A DNA stretch of 62,941 nucleotides, the filler included, from Globobulimina sp. (taxonomy: Eukaryota): assembly GCA_003354225.1 (NCBI GenBank). It is 21 parts of 21 records of this genome, joined end to end, with 100 filler letters (N's around TTAATTAATTAA, not from the genome) between each part and the next. Parts side by side here need not be neighbours in the genome. Positions count along the whole stretch, not along the records: positions 1 to 2,905 come from PIVH01004417.1; positions 3,006 to 5,910 come from PIVH01004418.1; positions 6,011 to 8,914 come from PIVH01004419.1; positions 9,015 to 11,918 come from PIVH01004420.1; positions 12,019 to 14,921 come from PIVH01004421.1; 16 more parts are not named here. The stretch is one strand, 5' to 3'. The notes below the pieces were generated by a model that searched no databases, was not told the DNA's origin, and saw only the letters and a list, made by a program, of their open reading frames with translations. Both the position numbers and the translations under genes were made by a program. Positions 1-12,482 of the stretch are shown piece after piece (within the stretch, counting starts at the first letter, position 1; every line of letters begins with the position of its first letter).

Positions 1-1
1 C

Positions 2-883
2 GCCCAATACCACAGCACCTGTACTCGTACACACTGTGATCACGTTTAAAATACTTAATTTGGTGATGATATATCTTAAATGTAACTCTTCCGTATGTTT
101 TCCATTAACATTGCCAATCGCAACAACGTTCTTGGTTTTGTTCAATAATGTATACAATTTACGGATAAATGTTACTGCACAGACAATACTCACAATTTGT
201 TCGTTCATGAATGAAACTACAACGGTCAGTAAAAATGAATCAAAATCACATTCATTAATATTAGTCCAAATCGTCGTAAATAATATAACCATGCTATAGG
301 AGCATACAATGGATCCTATCAGACAGATAAAACAATATTTATTCACTCTAAATACACTGTTTGCGAACGTCCATTTGATGCGCATTAAATAATATATATA
401 CAATAACCATCTTGCGATCAGTCCCAAGCACCAAACAAAAGTAAATATGAAACATGAAGAAGTATAATAAGCGAGGAAGGGGAGCATAATAAGATAAATT
501 ATGGCAATAATAATGGAACAGGAACATAACAATTTCGCTGCAAGGAAAACATCGGGAAGTCCGCGTCGTTTTTGATGATGTTTATGTAATTCAAATTCTA
601 TGTCGGTTGTTGGTGTTGTTGGAGCTGTAGCGGAAGAAACAACTGCATGAGTTGCTGTGGCTGCTTTTGGGGAAGAACTGTTGCCTTTATTTGCAATTGA
701 ACTCATAGACATTGATGATGTAGTATTGATTTTGACTGATTTGCAGCATAAATACCAAAGCCATATAGCAAACAATATTATTTGCAGAAAAACGCATACA
801 AAATATAATATGGCCTCGGATATGTAAGGGATGATAATTTTAGTATCGCCAAGAGTGCCAATAGAAGGGGCAGGTGTTGACAT
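2..883 (-). CDS. Multi-pass (GPCR-like) membrane protein, 3' partial
   Basis: Hand translation gives an open frame from ATG at 883 (MSTPAPSIG) to the contig edge, with several hydrophobic helices and a YYLMRIKWTFANSVF segment. It is absent from the ORF track because it has no stop. Confidence 0.75.
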   Translation of the reverse strand, partial: MSTPAPSIGTLGDTKIIIPYISEAILYFVCVFLQIILFAIWLWYLCCKSVKINTTSSMSMSSIANKGNSSSPKAATATHAVVSSATAPTTPTTDIEFELHKHHQKRRGLPDVFLAAKLLCSCSIIIAIIYLIMLPFLAYYTSSCFIFTFVWCLGLIARWLLYIYYLMRIKWTFANSVFRVNKYCFICLIGSIVCSYSMVILFTTIWTNINECDFDSFLLTVVVSFMNEQIVSIVCAVTFIRKLYTLLNKTKNVVAIGNVNGKHTEELHLRYIITKLSILNVITVCTSTGAVVLG

Positions 884-1091
884 GGTGATACCGTGATAAT
901 GTGGTTCAACTAAAATCAACTAAACTTGAGCAAAGTCATCAGAACTGAAACAATTTCAGCAAAACTGATTGATAATATTTCTTCATCAACAAACAATTAT
1001 TCTAATTATTAATTATTAATTTATAAGACACAGCAAAATTTAAAACAAACATATACAAATTGCAAATATATATTTACATCGGAACTATTAT

Positions 1092-2608
1092 TTAATTTGC
1101 ACGAATCACCAACCAAAATTCAACAATTGAAGGTTTCTTTACATATTTTTCTGAAATGGTATAGCCTGCGTCACCATATATTTGTTGTAACGTTTTTCCT
1201 GCAGAGGACCATAATGAAATTAACCAATTGCCACCTCGTGCTGTGACAGCTATAATAGTCACTACTTTCAATCCATGTCTTTTCATCAAAGATAACAATT
1301 TAAACAATGAAATAGAATATGATTTATCTGCGATGGCATGTTTCCAGGTTGTTCTGATAATAACAGTCTTTACATTTTCCAATACCTTTAACAATCGAGA
1401 ATTAAATAAATTACTACAATCATCCGCACATCTCACCGTTTCATTTGCTGCCTCTTTCTCTTCCATTTCATTCAATATTACATTCCTCATATTTTCATTA
1501 GCTCGTATTAACAGTGATAAATCTAATACAATTTCTTCTTTCTTCAACACAAATGATTTAAATGTGTTGTATACATACTCAGGAAAACGGCTTTCATTTG
1601 GTTCATGTAACACATTTGTCATTACATTATTTATTATTGTTATATCAGTTTCCTTTATTTCTATCTCCCTCAACGATATCGATGCAGTAATCATAGAATC
1701 AAATGCATGGAACGCGTGAAAAAATTCTCTGAAATTTTGATTTGTTTCTATCAATCTCACTCCCTCCAACGCCAAAGGATGACTTCCACCAAAAAACAAT
1801 CTAAACGAATATAAAATGAGTTAAGGTTATAATTATCAAAATAAAGCAGCAGACATTACCTTTCTTCTTCACCTTTAAACTTTGAGATCCATTCACAGTT
1901 AAACGCAGATAAATTATTGTGTCGTTTTGAGTTATTCAATTGCATAATCATACCCTTTTTCTCATCCGTGAACCGCATTGCTACCTCAATGTGCATGCTA
2001 GTTGAAGTTGGTGAGCATAATGTTATGCAGAATTGCGGAACAGTTAAAACAGCAGACATTCCACAATAAAATGGACCCGACAAACATCGATAACACCGCA
2101 CAGACTCTGAATCATAAATACCTTCGCTGGTATTACCATAAATTTCGACACTTTCTTTTAAATATCTACTCAACCAATAATATTCGCTGTTTCTCTCTTT
2201 AACGCTTTGTATTGCTTCCAATGGGTAATTGCGTCTGAATGTGGCTGAGAAATCTGCTGCCAACGCAGTGAAATCAGTATACAGCACTATGGATAACAAA
2301 TGATTAAACGTAATTGGTTCTTTTGCAGTAAGGTCATAACGAAATATTGCAGGTCCGCACCAATCGATATTTGGCAACACTGTTTTAGCATATTCTGACT
2401 TCATATACTTTCGTACTTTGAATGAGACGCTTTTATAATAGATCTGATCAAAATGTTGATATTCAAAAAGTTCCTCTTTAAATGATTGGTATTTTTGGGT
2501 TACGCACAAATTTGAAATTGTGTCACCATCACGACCGTGTTCTGTATTTGAGCTAGAAAATGGCCAATAATCAAATTCTAAACCAACGCTAAAACTCTTT
2601 GACATCAC
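1092..2608 (-). CDS. ADP-ribosyltransferase (R-S-E/ART)-like domain protein, at least two exons
   Basis: A GT-AG intron at 1801-1859 joins ORFs 1856-2608 and 1092-1799 in frame (EEER|LFFGG). Motifs: IVLYTD, FYCG, PTSTS, ISKFKGEEER. The 5' end is uncertain. Confidence 0.65.
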
Positions 2609-2905
2609 TGTTGTTGTTTTTGTTTATTATTTTAGAGTTATACATAGAATAAATTTGCTGTTTAGATAGCAAATTTGCGCTGTATGTATTACAAAAACAA
2701 TCATTACTATCCATCAAAAATAGTGAATTTGAAGGCTTATTTGCATTATTTTTACATTGTAATATGATTAAATCCATATTGATATTGGGAGACGGTTTAT
2801 AATTATTTAATCGATCACCATTTACATTTATATACTCATTGTACGCAATATTATGTTCCCCGAAATAATGAACTTTGATTTTATTTGTTCGTTTATTTAT
2901 TTTTA

Positions 2906-3005
2906 NNNNNNNNNNNNNNNNNNNNNNNNNNNNNNNNNNNNNNNNNNNNTTAATTAATTAANNNNNNNNNNNNNNNNNNNNNNNNNNNNNNNNNNNNNNN
3001 NNNNN
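2906..3005. other. Artificial contig linker N44-TTAATTAATTAA-N44 (first of 20, recurring about every 3 kb)
   Basis: The identical 100-nt spacer, with stops in all six frames, recurs at 5911, 8915, 11919, 14922, 17924, 20926, 23928, 26930, 29932, 32933, 35934, 38935, 41936, 44937, 47938, 50939, 53940, 56941 and 59942. Contig lengths fall from 2905 to 2900. Confidence 0.99.
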
Positions 3006-3701
3006 GCATTTGATCCAGCAATTTGCAATCAAACCTACAATCCAACCAATGAAACTCATAAATGTTCTTCTTCTCCAAATGGAGTTCATGTTTTTGTGGA
3101 GTGTAATAATACGTTATTGTGGAGTGTAATAAGTTGAGTGCATTTGATTCATTTAATTTTATAATAAATATACAAATACACGTACCTATAAATAAGAACA
3201 GGGTGGATCGGATTTGATATTATATTTACGTCAATGGTACAATGCATATTATCCACAACATACCAACACATTGGAAAAAAAGGACGTGTGACATTGCTAT
3301 TTGGCATTATATCCATGATATTTTGCATAATCATATTTCTATCTGAAATTAATTATGTGTTCTTTTTTTTTCTTTTCTTTTATTGCTCATTTTCATTGTC
3401 GTTCATACGTTTTTATTGTTTTAGTAACTTTGCGGATGACTAGTCATAGACGACAATTTTTTACCTTTATTGGCTAGTTTGCGAGCCTTTATCACAGATT
3501 GATTTCTGATCGATGATTTCATTGATACAAACATGTACAGATTTGGTTGAAAATTAAAAGTCCCACCAAAAATGGTATTATTTATACAGGAAATGATGTT
3601 GTTGTACATTTAATGAGTTACGGCGTGTTGTGTGTGCATAAAGTTAATTAATTAAATAAATAGATATACAAATGTCTTTTTTTACACATAACAGATTGTT
3701 G

Positions 3702-5405
3702 TTATCTCCATCCAAGTACAGCAATATTATCATTATGATTAATTGAAGAATAACAATGTTTTGTGATAATATCATTATATTTAAATCTAAATTGTCGATT
3801 ATTTTCAGCGTACATTTGTACATTACATCCGTTTAAAATTTCTGCCATTTGTGTAATTTCCATTTGATTACATTTTTTAATTATGGTACGAATAAATTCT
3901 TCATCTTCAAATACATAATTTGCCATTGACCAAAACATTTTAATCATAAAATCGTCCAAATGGAACTGCATCAAATACCAAAATAAAGTCTTGGTCAATT
4001 CAATCATAACTTCCTTATTCGTATTCTTTGAGTCTTTATCATTTAATCGAAAATACCATCTTTTTTTAAGTTCATTTATATTATAATTTGGTAAAGATTT
4101 TTTGAAAAATAATAGAGTCAATTCCTTGATATTTGCGTTCATTTTGTCAATGAATTGTATATAATTTGTGGTGCCATCTTTCATTCTTTGTATACAATTT
4201 ACAAAATCTACATAGCTGTAAACCATTGTAATATACGGTAAGTAATCAAAAAATTTATGATGTACAATGTCTTGATTTTGCGCGATTTTCGCTCTTAATT
4301 TTGATAAAAACTCATTCACTTTCTTCAAAATGCTATAAATGTTCCAAAAATATGTTTTTCCTTTGATATAATGGATCCAATATATTTGTAATGAGGTTCG
4401 TAAACCAATCAATTCCTCCTCATATTCTCCCCCTTTCTCCGCTGCATTTTCTACATTACATTCATTCAAATGACCAATATATTCATCCAAAACATGAATC
4501 AATTTATCCACTCCAATTTTGCTGGATAACGGATGTAATTTTCTTTGTAAATTGGACGCAAACTCTGATAATAATTTTAATTTCAATTTTTTCCATTTTT
4601 TTAATAATTCATGTGTGGATTCACAAATATTGCATTGACTGTAACATTTTTCTATATCCGCTGGAGACACATCATAAACCAAGAAATAATCCGCAGCATA
4701 CACAAATTGTTCCAAATCTTGAATAGATTTTGTTGCGATTTTTGGTTGGTTGACATCATCATTTTTCTGCTCAGACACATTGCAATATTTTAATAATAAT
4801 TTAAAATGTTTCATGCCAAATGTTGTGACTTTAAAATCAAATTTATAATTTTCTAAATCATCGGAGTCATTGTCGGATTTTGATGGCTTATTTTTATTTC
4901 TTTCTCCGACCTTTCCATGCGATTTTAATTTATGATCACTAATATCCATGGATGGTCGCGCCAATTTCCTGTGAAAATATCCAATATTTCGTAATAAAGT
5001 CATATCAATGTTTTGTGTGCTGCCGTTGAGTGTGATTGCTGCGGTAAGGGCTGTTTGTTGGTTGTCGTTCTTTTTAGTTATTGCTGTTAATATTTGTGAC
5101 TGTGTTTTCTTTTTTCGTGTCGGCGTTTTACCGCTTTTAAGTGATCTCGACGGTGTCTTGATTAATTTTGAATCGTTATTCATAGATTTAACTAAATCAC
5201 TTACACTATTTCTCGATCGCGGAGATGATGCAGATTGAGAATGCATGTTTTCTTTATTCATCTCGGCAGCATTTGTTTTTTGAGATTGTAAGAAATCTTG
5301 AGTTTGCATTTGTGTTTCAAATTGTTCCTCCATTTCAACCCTTCTTTTTTTTGTTGACGGTTGATCTGTTTTTGAACTACTTCCTGGTGACAGGCGTTTA
5401 GTCAT
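3702..5405 (-). CDS. Hypothetical nuclear protein (basic/Ser-rich N-terminus with KKRR NLS-like motif, helical C-terminus)
   Basis: Long intronless ORF. Likely start is MTKRLSPG at 5405. Confidence 0.75.
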   Translation of the reverse strand: MTKRLSPGSSSKTDQPSTKKRRVEMEEQFETQMQTQDFLQSQKTNAAEMNKENMHSQSASSPRSRNSVSDLVKSMNNDSKLIKTPSRSLKSGKTPTRKKKTQSQILTAITKKNDNQQTALTAAITLNGSTQNIDMTLLRNIGYFHRKLARPSMDISDHKLKSHGKVGERNKNKPSKSDNDSDDLENYKFDFKVTTFGMKHFKLLLKYCNVSEQKNDDVNQPKIATKSIQDLEQFVYAADYFLVYDVSPADIEKCYSQCNICESTHELLKKWKKLKLKLLSEFASNLQRKLHPLSSKIGVDKLIHVLDEYIGHLNECNVENAAEKGGEYEEELIGLRTSLQIYWIHYIKGKTYFWNIYSILKKVNEFLSKLRAKIAQNQDIVHHKFFDYLPYITMVYSYVDFVNCIQRMKDGTTNYIQFIDKMNANIKELTLLFFKKSLPNYNINELKKRWYFRLNDKDSKNTNKEVMIELTKTLFWYLMQFHLDDFMIKMFWSMANYVFEDEEFIRTIIKKCNQMEITQMAEILNGCNVQMYAENNRQFRFKYNDIITKHCYSSINHNDNIAVLGWR

Positions 5406-6010
5406 TAAGCTAGACAAGCAATTAAATGCGCAAAACTGTCGGAAAACTAAGAATAGAGCTAAAAACCGAGACTGTTTGCGTAGTCGTTCTTTATCGCAGA
5501 TCATAAAAATAAAGTTACAATTTTGTACATTGAGCAAATGTAGACATCATCGTACACACTAATATGAACAGTATATGACACACACACCGCATAATGACGT
5601 CCGATACTGTCATCTATCTTGGAGTTACCTTTACAAATTCGTTTATTTGTGCATTACTCATATAATCCATTTCATGTTCCAATTTTAAATGTGATTCATT
5701 CATATCACTTACAATGGTCGTCATTAACGCTTCAACTGAACTTATTTGATGATGCAAATTTGCTTCAAATGAAGGCAAAGGAGTACATATATCACCACCA
5801 CCCTCAATGCCACAATCCTCTTCGTACATATATGCGCTCTGCTTTCTATACATAGAGGCATCATTAGAATGAGAATCACCATGATGAGAATCATCCTCAT
5901 TATTTGTATTNNNNNNNNNNNNNNNNNNNNNNNNNNNNNNNNNNNNNNNNNNNNTTAATTAATTAANNNNNNNNNNNNNNNNNNNNNNNNNNNNNNNNNN
6001 NNNNNNNNNN

Positions 6011-6630
6011 CTGCTGTTGTTACTGCCGCCTCTGCCACGGCCACGACCTGATCCGCGACCTCTGCCACGGCCACGGCCACGGCCTCTGCCTCTGCCGCGA
6101 CCACGAAATGTTCCACGACCTCGCCCTCGAATGCCACTTCTTTGCGCAGCTTGATTATGAATTTGGTTCCTAGCTTGAAAAGCACTTTGTGGATTGTGCG
6201 ACATTGATGGTACTGTGTTTGGATTGAAATGTAGACCGGTCGCAGTAGGTTGGTTTGGTGCAACCATCATGATTTGTGCTTGATTTTGGGCCATGCCGGC
6301 CATCATTATCTGTTGTTGTTGCTGTTGTTGTTGTCTTTGTGCTTGAATATAGGCTGCATTTTGTCGCATGGCTAACGAATTTAAACCACTATATACCGGT
6401 AGGTGTGGGTTGGTGGTGGTGGCCGGGTTATATGTATGAAAGGTTGGGTTGACTTGTTGGCGGTATCTATTCATTGATGATTGTAAGTATCCGCCACCAA
6501 CGGAGGTTAATGGGATGGATGTTGATGTTGTTTGTTGTGCTGTTGTCGCTCTGCTTGATGTTGTTGGCTGAACAACATATCTGTGTGGATAGGGTAATGT
6601 ATTTGGTTGTTGATAACCACCGTAAGACAT
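6011..6630 (-). CDS. Low-complexity Q-rich / RG-repeat protein, 3' partial (likely RNA-binding)
   Basis: MSYGGYQQ start, a polyQ tract and an (RG)n tract running into the contig end. Confidence 0.75.
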
Positions 6631-6890
6631 TTTTGTTGGTGAATTCTGACGTGTTATATTAACAGTTCGGAACTTCAAACTTTTTTGTTTTATCGAGATT
6701 CCACACAATCAATCTCAAACCAACGCCATAACAACCTCTCCTAAACTCTTTGCAATTAATCATGTTAACAATGATATTTCAATCATGAATATGTAACCAA
6801 TCAACAAAAAAAATAGGTTGTTTATAATGCAAGAATATTAATTAAAATCATACATTGCGACCCACACAAAAAAAAAACGAAAATCTATAT

Positions 6891-8811
6891 TTATATTTTT
6901 TCATATTGTTGCTTTAAGTTTGAATATGACGATCCACGCCGTAATATTTCTAAACTTATGCCTCGTTTCCTATAATCAATTAATTCGAGATCACCGCCAA
7001 CCTCATTTAATTTTTGAATCATAGTTATTTTGTTTCCCTTTTGTGATTTTGTGAAGCGAATATAACTTTGACTCATTAATAATAATATTTCAATACAGGC
7101 ACAATCCATAACAGTGAACATAGTAAAATTTAATTCATTTTCTTCTTTCTCCACATTAATACACACATTCTCCGGGTGTTTATCCATATTTATTTTATCA
7201 ATTATCGCATTAAATGATTTTGTAATTTTATTTCTTTGAATACACGAAATATTGATTTCTAACACACTTTCTCTTTTAATATATTTTAAATATAATTCAT
7301 ATAACCTATCAAGAAACGTTTCTTTTTTATTTAATAATTGTGATTTGGGCAAGTTTGGAGGTAATTCAATGCGCGAAAATATGGACCCATTTGCATTGAA
7401 TATATAGGATGCAATGCCTGTATTTGTTCGTGTGTCGTTGCGAAAAATACTTGACTTTCTACGTACTTTTTCAATGTGACAATCCACGGTAATATATTCT
7501 TCATCATTTATTGTTTTATTCTCAATATCATCAATTATTGCGTTACTTTGTCTGCGTTTTGCTATTTTTGATTTTGGTTTGGGTATTTTTAATAAATGAT
7601 GGCATTTTAATTGAAATTCGGATTTTATTTGAATATATTCATAAATAAATAATAAGTTCTCAGTGCTAAACTCGTTCACCTAAAATCACATCAACATCAA
7701 CAAAAACACATTAATACAAAACACATGTTTCTGTTGTACATAAATTTCAGAAACATCAACAAATATTATATTTGTTGGTGTTTGCCACAATTATGTACCT
7801 TAAAAACGTTAAAAAAATCAAAAACTAAACTAAATGCATCATGAATCCCTTAAATGTCTGTTCATCGCTCAACACATAAATCATAGTTTTAACACCATGA
7901 CTATGATTAATATGAATATGTTCAGCTTCAGGTATTGGTGTCTGTGCTGCTGCCAATTGTTGAAAGTATAACTTATTATTAGATTTATATTGACTGACCG
8001 GCACAAATATGGATATAAATGACATTAAAAATAATACAATACTTCCCACAAATATACGAATTAACCATTGTATGCGTGATGATATGTCACTAAATAAAAT
8101 ATCAGTGATAAAAACAGCAATATACAGCAACATAACAGCAAATAATATAAAACATTGATATCCAATCTCTTTTTTAATACCAAATATGTCATCGCAAACT
8201 TTTAATTTATAATATAAAATAAACGATGGTATCAATAAAATTAATGATGCAAAAACTAAACAATTATTTGAGATATGTGCGAAATATCGAACTTCAATGT
8301 ATATTTCAACGGTAATGTAGAGAATAAATGGTAAAATTAAGATTTTTAACAAACAATTAAAATTTCCAAATGTATTTTTATGTGAAATATACCATGATTT
8401 ATAATTACAATTAATCTCCTTTTTCCATGTTGATTTGGCCAAAGATTCATGATATCCAATGCTATAAAATAATAACCATATTTTCATAAAAAATAATACA
8501 AAAACACCCCATACAAATATTCCATCACATACATATATTAACCATTGATAATCATTAAATAAACTTATCCGAAATACAGTTACTAAACAAACAAAGAAGC
8601 GTTCAAACATAATTCCCGTAATCGACAATCCGTTTTTCAAAAATACTAATTTAGATTTTCTGTGTTTCATTATTTCTGTGTCTTTTAATTGAATAAATTT
8701 ATACAGGTAACATATTAAAATAGGCACAAATATGAAACAACCAATGCATATAACAATAACACCACAAATATCTATTAAGTCAACATTAAAATTAATAAAA
8801 TCAATCTTCAT
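6891..8811 (-). CDS. 7TM-RGS protein (seven-TM region plus regulator of G-protein signalling domain)
   Basis: Hydrophobic exon 7831-8811, intron 7680-7830, and RGS hallmarks FKGFMMHL|VNEFSTENLLF, LYLKYI..S.LEINIS and SYIRF. Confidence 0.85.
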
Positions 8812-9014
8812 TAGGGTTTTTGCTTTTAGTTCATTTCTTCAATCAACATTTAAATTTTCTATTTTTACTAACATTTGAGTGCTTCACTTTGTAACTAAGT
8901 ATGCTGACCATGGGNNNNNNNNNNNNNNNNNNNNNNNNNNNNNNNNNNNNNNNNNNNNTTAATTAATTAANNNNNNNNNNNNNNNNNNNNNNNNNNNNNN
9001 NNNNNNNNNNNNNN

Positions 9015-9525
9015 ATACAGATTTTTTTTTTGGAGAAACTGAGTTTGGAACTGATTTTTTAGTGCGATTATCATCTAAATCATCATCCAAATTCATGGTA
9101 AATTTTGATTTTTTTTTCTCATTTTTAATTGCTTTTTGATCAATGATATAATCGCTGATTTTCACAGTGGAATCACTAATATTTACAAATGATTTTGGCT
9201 TTACATTGTATGCTTTTTCTAACTCACGAATTAATGAAATGGTTGCTGTGGCTGCTAATAATTCATCTAATTCATTTTGTAACTCCTCATCATTGGGACT
9301 GTCATCAATTTCTTCTTCTAAATCTTCAATTTGTTCGTTGATGGCTACCTTAGCCACTAATGCTTTTTGGGACTCTTTGAATGATGGATATACCGAATTC
9401 GTTTTTGATTTTATAGATTTATACGTTGCTCGCGCTTCTTCGATGGTTACCGACTCGATTGCTTCTTGAGACAGGATAATGAATGTCTTCTCTGTCAAGC
9501 CACGTCTTCTAACTCTTCTTGGCAT
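9015..9525 (-). CDS. Hypothetical protein, 3' partial
   Basis: ORF of about 170 codons from MPRRVRRR to the contig edge, with acidic helical segments. Confidence 0.55.
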
Positions 9526-9869
9526 GGTTCACAGACTGTTGATGAAGCGTTGATAAATGATAATTATTACTGAATCAAGTGTTTTTCAGTAGCTTGCTCA
9601 ATCTGTGAATGCTGGCATTTTTTGTACAGTATACAAACACTGATAATAAGTATACAAACACGAGTACTATAAAACTGCCCATGCTACGATCCGATGCAAC
9701 AAACTTTAAAAAGAAAAACGTACAGTAAAACAAACACATCACAAAAAAAAAACATATGATATAAAATCTTTACATGGGACATACAAAAAACAACGCTAAA
9801 CATTCATTGTTATATTGGTATAACTCTTATCATCCAACATAAAAAAAACAAATAAAAAACATTTTACTC

Positions 9870-11540
9870 TCAATCGCTGTCCTCCTCCTCCTCCACATCC
9901 ACATTCTGTTTGGTTAATTTTCGTAATTGAACCATAATCGCTTTTTTATGTTTGAACGACTTTATGCCGAACCGATCCAAATCCGTTTTATCCAATTCCC
10001 CCAACAACGATCCATGCATCTCCTCATTGGCCAATTTCTTCCGCAACATCTTCTCATATTTCTTATATTTCGTATCCAAACTCAATATCCAATCACAGAT
10101 CGCATCCGATTCCCATTCCTCCCATTCGCTCTCCTCGCTGCTGCTGCTGCTGTTGCTTGCACTGCTATTCACCGCCAACACCGCCCCTTTCTTGGCCCCA
10201 TTCGCCTCATTGCCCTCACTCTCACTCTGCCCATCGCTCTCACTCTCGCTCTCACTGTCCGTCTCCTGCTTTTTCTCCACCGCCTTGTCCTCAGACGACT
10301 TATCACTGTCTTCCCACTTCACAATGCCTATGGCCCCGTTCTTAGGCTCGTCGCGGTCGCGGTCGCGGTCGCCCTCATCAGCCGTGCCATCCTCATACGT
10401 ATCATGGATGTCGTCGTGGTCAAAGCCGTCATCTTTCTCTTTCCCATTCTGTCGGTCTTTGACTGTGCCTCGTTTCCGCAATTCGCTCACTTGCTTTCTC
10501 AGCGCATCGTTCTCTTCATTCAGCACAGCGACCTGTTGTTTGAATAAACTATTTTCATTCTTCAATAAGTCGTATTTCTTCTGGATGAATTCGCTCATTT
10601 TCAGCTGCTTTTTGAGCTCAATGTTCTCTTCTTTCAAGGTCTGCAATTCCCGCACATTTATTGTGGCCTCCATCTTGTTGCTGTCCTTTAATTTGGAAAC
10701 TCGCCGCTTTTGCTTCTCTTTTTTAGCTGTCAAGAGTGAGAAAAAGTAATCTGATACGAAATACAAATCCACATAAACATAAAAAAAGAATGTAGTACAT
10801 ATTTATAAAAAATAACTGGGCGGTTTCTCTTTCTTTTTTGGGGTTTTCTGGCTTTTGGACTTTAGGATTGGCGATGGGTTTGGGCCAAAATCCAAATCGT
10901 TGTCATTATGATGCGGCGGCGCCGGCGCCGACTGCTCAGTTTTGAGCACCTCCGGTTCGTCGACGGCAGTTTTAGTTTTATTCGAAATGCTGTGCCTTTT
11001 TGCTGCCCCTTTTTTGGCGCTCAGTTTGTTTCGCTTCTTCTGCGCAGCTAAGAATTCTTTGTGTTTTTTAAGCGCTTCCGCCTCTTTTTTCTTTTCTGCG
11101 ATTCTTTTTTGTCGAATCTTCTCTTTGATGGCCTTGGTGTTGGCGCGCGATTTGCGAATGTCGTCGTGCTTTATTCCATACTCAATGACATGCGTTGTTT
11201 TATCCGCCGAGTAAATGGCTGTTATGCCCCCGATATGTTCCTTTTTTTTCTTGGTGGCTTCTGGTTTTTTGCTTTTTTTGCTTTTTTTTTTTGATTTTTT
11301 CTCTTCGTTGGAGGGGCTTTTTTCTTTTGATTTTTCGGGTTCTGGCGAGTTGTCGGGAATTGGCGATGGTTTTGGTGATGGTTTGGGCTTTGCCTTTGGT
11401 TTTGGTTTGGGTCTCGGTTTGGGTTTATCTGGAATTGAGTCCCATTCTGCATCAAAGTCAAGATCATTACCTTCTGTTGTCTTCTTTTTGTGCGTATGCT
11501 TTTTTTTATTTTTTTTGCTTGAGCCAAAATTGTTTGACAT
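9870..11540 (-). CDS. Lys/Pro-rich coiled-coil protein with C-terminal SAM domain, two exons
   Basis: A phase-1 intron at 10727-10816 joins ORFs 10803-11603 and 9870-10772. SAM signature: WESDAICDWI...EEMHGSLLGELDKTDLDRFGIKSFKHKKAIM. Confidence 0.8.
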
Positions 11541-11603
11541 GATTGCGAGAGAAGAGTACTGAGCACTGACAAAAAACTTTAAAGATATCAAAAAATATGT
11601 CAT

Positions 11604-11737
11604 ATTCCAAGACTTGAATCTATTATTGCTTAAATATTGAATCTATCCAAGACTTGAATCTATCCGATGGAATATTCAATAATTTGATTCACGTATTTCC
11701 AATATTCAATTCTTTCCATTTCCAATATTCAATATTC
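11604..11737. repeat. Short imperfect direct repeats upstream of the SAM gene
   Basis: tccaagacttgaatctat occurs twice and aatattcaat three times. Confidence 0.5.
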
Positions 11738-12018
11738 GCGCAACTAATACTAATTTTCGGAAGGAAAATAGGTTAATAATAAAATGTTAAAGGTAACATT
11801 TAACTTTTTGCTTTTCAGTTTGAAACATATCAAAACAATATTGGGTATAGCGTGTTTTGTTGAACAATGTCTTATATATTGTTTTGTAATATTCGTAAAA
11901 CTTGGACTTTTTTCGGAGNNNNNNNNNNNNNNNNNNNNNNNNNNNNNNNNNNNNNNNNNNNNTTAATTAATTAANNNNNNNNNNNNNNNNNNNNNNNNNN
12001 NNNNNNNNNNNNNNNNNN

Positions 12019-12366
12019 AAATTGTTTGAATCATTGACATCTTATTTGTATCCAAATTTATATTTTCATATTGTAAATGAAATCGGTATTCAACCATTAA
12101 CCATTGTATTTCCGTGGATATTTACTGCATTTGCTTCTTATTTGAAAAATGATGAAGTTTTAAATATTTGGGATCGGATCATTTCATATAATGATAATGG
12201 CGATGGACTGTTATTATTGCCAATTATTTGTTGCGCTATATTTGGATTTAGAAAGGATAATCTTTTAAAATGCCAGAATTCTGATAATGTACATTGCGTA
12301 TTTCAGGACTTAAGAACAATTAAAGTCATTCCATTATTACAACATTTCCTATTTAGTGCAAGATAA
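12019..12366 (+). CDS. Rab-GAP TBC domain C-terminus (TBC1D19-like), 5' partial
   Basis: PNLYFHI...PLTIVFPWIFTAFASYL...VLNIWDRII is the TBC C-terminal signature. Confidence 0.8.
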   Translation, partial: KLFESLTSYLYPNLYFHIVNEIGIQPLTIVFPWIFTAFASYLKNDEVLNIWDRIISYNDNGDGLLLLPIICCAIFGFRKDNLLKCQNSDNVHCVFQDLRTIKVIPLLQHFLFSAR

Positions 12367-12482
12367 ATTAATATTCTTGTTCACATTCACATTTATATTT
12401 TATATTTAACCAAACGTACTGTCTTAAAATTAATCTGAGTTTTTCCTGCTTGATGAAAAATACATCTTTTTCTTGAGTAATA

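Noticed and set aside
2906-3005. TTAATTAATTAA palindrome recurring every 3 kb as a biological repeat
   Set aside because: It is always embedded in N44 padding and is an artificial six-frame-stop linker. ORFs ending in X..LIN or X..N are artefacts.
9927-11562. Long plus-strand ORFs opposite the SAM gene (also 52780-53583, 33701-34237, 1228-1719)
   Set aside because: These are antisense shadows of low-complexity or GC-rich real genes.
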